This document shows, in pieces, positions 61,974 to 64,000 of a stretch of 64,000 nt of DNA. The notes under the pieces are model-generated. The model was given only the letters and a program-made list of their open reading frames with translations, was not told the origin of the DNA and made no database searches. Each line of letters opens with the position of its first letter. Within the stretch, counting starts at the first letter, position 1. The stretch covers positions 4,704,001 to 4,768,000 of the forward strand of contig OZ244048.1 in NCBI GenBank assembly GCA_965215265.1, given 5' to 3'. The position numbers and the translations under genes were made by a program. Source of the stretch: Candidatus Poribacteria bacterium (GTDB taxonomy: Bacteria; Poribacteria; WGA-4E; WGA-3G).

Positions 61974-63056
61974 ATGGAACCGCTCGATTTCAACTTCAAA
62001 GATATTTTCCGAGCGACTCGCTATGGATTCAGCGGGCGGAAAATCGCGGTCCATTTTATTGGGCTCGCGTTTGCATATCTGATTTACGAAATTTTGGTAT
62101 ATCTTAGTCTCTTTATCGTAGGTGGGTCAGCAGTGCAAGAGTTTTGGAGTACGCAGGGCCTTTTGCCTGTCACGCCTTTCTCCGCCGGAGACGGCCTAAA
62201 TAACTTAACTCGCTGGTTCATGTGGATAGGAGTCGCCAGTTTCGCTGGCATCTTTTTTCTTTCGAGCACTGTTGCCTCCAAAATCACCATTGAACAACTC
62301 CGAGGTGACTTTTTCTTTTCAATCGGAGATGCGGCAAAATTTCTGAAATCGCACTGGAAAACCGTTTTTGGCGCGTTCACCGGGCTGCTCCTCATTCTCT
62401 CTTTTTTCGCGTTAATCCCGCTGTCGATTGCGGGGCTCGGGCGGATACCGGAGATCGGCAAACCGATTCTGACGTTAGCCTCACTGTGTGCACCTATCGG
62501 CTTTTTCCTGGGCCTGCTAATCGCTTTCATAGCAGTCGTTTTCATCGTGAGTCTATTCTTCGTGCCAGCCGTTGTGGCAGTAACAGGGGCAGATGCGTTT
62601 GAAACCATCTACCAACAGTTCGCCATCGTCTGGAATCAACCGTGGCGGATGGTCGGTTATGAACTCCTGCTTTTCGCCACCAAACTTATATTCGTGCCAA
62701 TTTGGACGATATTCTGCCTCGGAGCCGTTTTCATTGCCATGCTCCCCTTAGGGTATCTGCATCCCCAAAAAATGGCACACCTCATGCACTACGCAAACAG
62801 GTGGCTCGGTGGTGAAGTACTACAACCCTTTTCGCAACTGCTACGCTCAGGCAGTGTAGATATATCCGTAAGCACCGCTGGTTTCTGGACACTCACGTCT
62901 GCTATCTTTTTTACAATTGCAGTCATTGGTACCGTGTTCCTAATTCTCGCTTACCTGCTCTCTATTGCTTCAGCAGGAAACACGGTGATTTATACCATTC
63001 TACGCAAACAGATTGATGGACAAAATCTCTTACATACGGAACAGGCACAAGTGTGA
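61974..63056 (+). CDS. Hypothetical multi-pass membrane protein
   Basis: 360-aa ORF with about 6-7 hydrophobic segments; upstream TTGACA promoter-like site. Confidence 0.75.
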   Translation: MEPLDFNFKDIFRATRYGFSGRKIAVHFIGLAFAYLIYEILVYLSLFIVGGSAVQEFWSTQGLLPVTPFSAGDGLNNLTRWFMWIGVASFAGIFFLSSTVASKITIEQLRGDFFFSIGDAAKFLKSHWKTVFGAFTGLLLILSFFALIPLSIAGLGRIPEIGKPILTLASLCAPIGFFLGLLIAFIAVVFIVSLFFVPAVVAVTGADAFETIYQQFAIVWNQPWRMVGYELLLFATKLIFVPIWTIFCLGAVFIAMLPLGYLHPQKMAHLMHYANRWLGGEVLQPFSQLLRSGSVDISVSTAGFWTLTSAIFFTIAVIGTVFLILAYLLSIASAGNTVIYTILRKQIDGQNLLHTEQAQV

Positions 63057-63168
63057 TTAAATCACCAAATCAAATTATACTCTACCCCTAAATCAGAAGT
63101 CTCTGACGCAGTAGATAACTTGAAATTTCACACCAGAGCAACCGTATTTGAGAACAAGGACGAAAAAC

Positions 63169-64000
63169 ATGATACAAAAAATGTTAACTAAGGTTTTTGG
63201 CAGCAAAGAAGACCGGGATGTTAAACGTTTTCGCTCACTGGTTGAAACAATAAACGCGCGCGAGCCGGAGATGCAAAGGCTTACAGATGCGCAACTTCAA
63301 TCCAAAACGTCAGAATTTCGCCGGCAGCTAGAAGTTGGAGCATCGCTTGATGAACTCCTACCGGATGCGTTCGCTGTAGTCCGGGAGGGCGCAGTCCGAA
63401 CTCTAAAACAGCGACACTATGATGTCCAACTTATGGGAGGCATAGCACTCCACCACGGCAATATTGCTGAAATGCGGACAGGGGAAGGCAAAACTTTAAC
63501 TTCAACCCTCGCTGTCTACTTGAACGCACTGACAGGCAAGGGTGTGCATCTTGCCACTGTCAATGATTATCTTGCTCGTCGAGATGCAGAATGGATGGGG
63601 AAAATTTACAACTTCCTGGGGCTTTCTGTCGGACTTACCTTGAGCATGATGCCACACGAACAGAAAAAACTCGGATATAAAGCTGACATCACCTACGGTG
63701 TCCACAGCGAATTCGGGTTTGATTATCTATGGGATAACAAAGCTTTATCATTAGATGCCAAGGTACAACGCGGGCACACATATTGTATACTTGACGAAGT
63801 CGATAGTATCCTGATTGATGAGGCACGAACACCCCTCATTATCTCTGAGCCCTCCGGGGAACCTCCTGAGCTCTATAAACAGATTAATAACGTTGTAGCC
63901 CCCTTAAAGCAGGATATCCACTTCCAAATCGACAAGAAGGGCAAGTCGCGCGGCAGTGCCACGCTCACAGATGAAGGGGTAGAAGAGGTACAACGCCGAC
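63169..64000 (+). CDS. secA: Preprotein translocase subunit SecA (5' part, runs off the window)
   Basis: Hand translation: [12 protein letters not shown]...[10 protein letters not shown]...[10 protein letters not shown]...[10 protein letters not shown]...[18 protein letters not shown]. Confidence 0.97.
   Translation, partial: MIQKMLTKVFGSKEDRDVKRFRSLVETINAREPEMQRLTDAQLQSKTSEFRRQLEVGASLDELLPDAFAVVREGAVRTLKQRHYDVQLMGGIALHHGNIAEMRTGEGKTLTSTLAVYLNALTGKGVHLATVNDYLARRDAEWMGKIYNFLGLSVGLTLSMMPHEQKKLGYKADITYGVHSEFGFDYLWDNKALSLDAKVQRGHTYCILDEVDSILIDEARTPLIISEPSGEPPELYKQINNVVAPLKQDIHFQIDKKGKSRGSATLTDEGVEEVQRR

Overview
Bacterial chromosomal segment, most likely Candidatus Poribacteria. This is inferred from two LamG proteins ending in the V-E-x-x-x-K-L-x-x-x-W-G-x-L-K tail and from the sulfatase/PhyH/Gfo/TPR content. 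Most of the ~50 CDS are ordinary transport and metabolic genes: peptide ABC, yiaK cluster, GH13, SSS-kdsB-pyrG, TRAP, phnY/phnZ-like, liv, glpD and partial secA. I recognised no rRNA, tRNA or cas genes. The most unusual locus is 42.9-47.4 kb. There a Cas-less, degenerate array of 30-bp CRISPR repeats contains a strong internal promoter. It appears to form the 5' leader of an hsdR-less type I R-M operon (hsdS remnant, hsdM, hsdS) and is flanked by a crRNA-like half-repeat/short-spacer unit. Other notable items are a perfect 30/36/30-bp CRISPR-like unit inside the start of a PAP2 gene, a 38-bp direct-repeat pair, a 387-bp MITE-like element, a hairpin-led SLATT-like two-gene cassette, a lipoprotein made almost only of ADTAA repeats, an atypical SodC, and several pseudogenes. 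All calls come from reading the sequence and ORF track; no searches were run.
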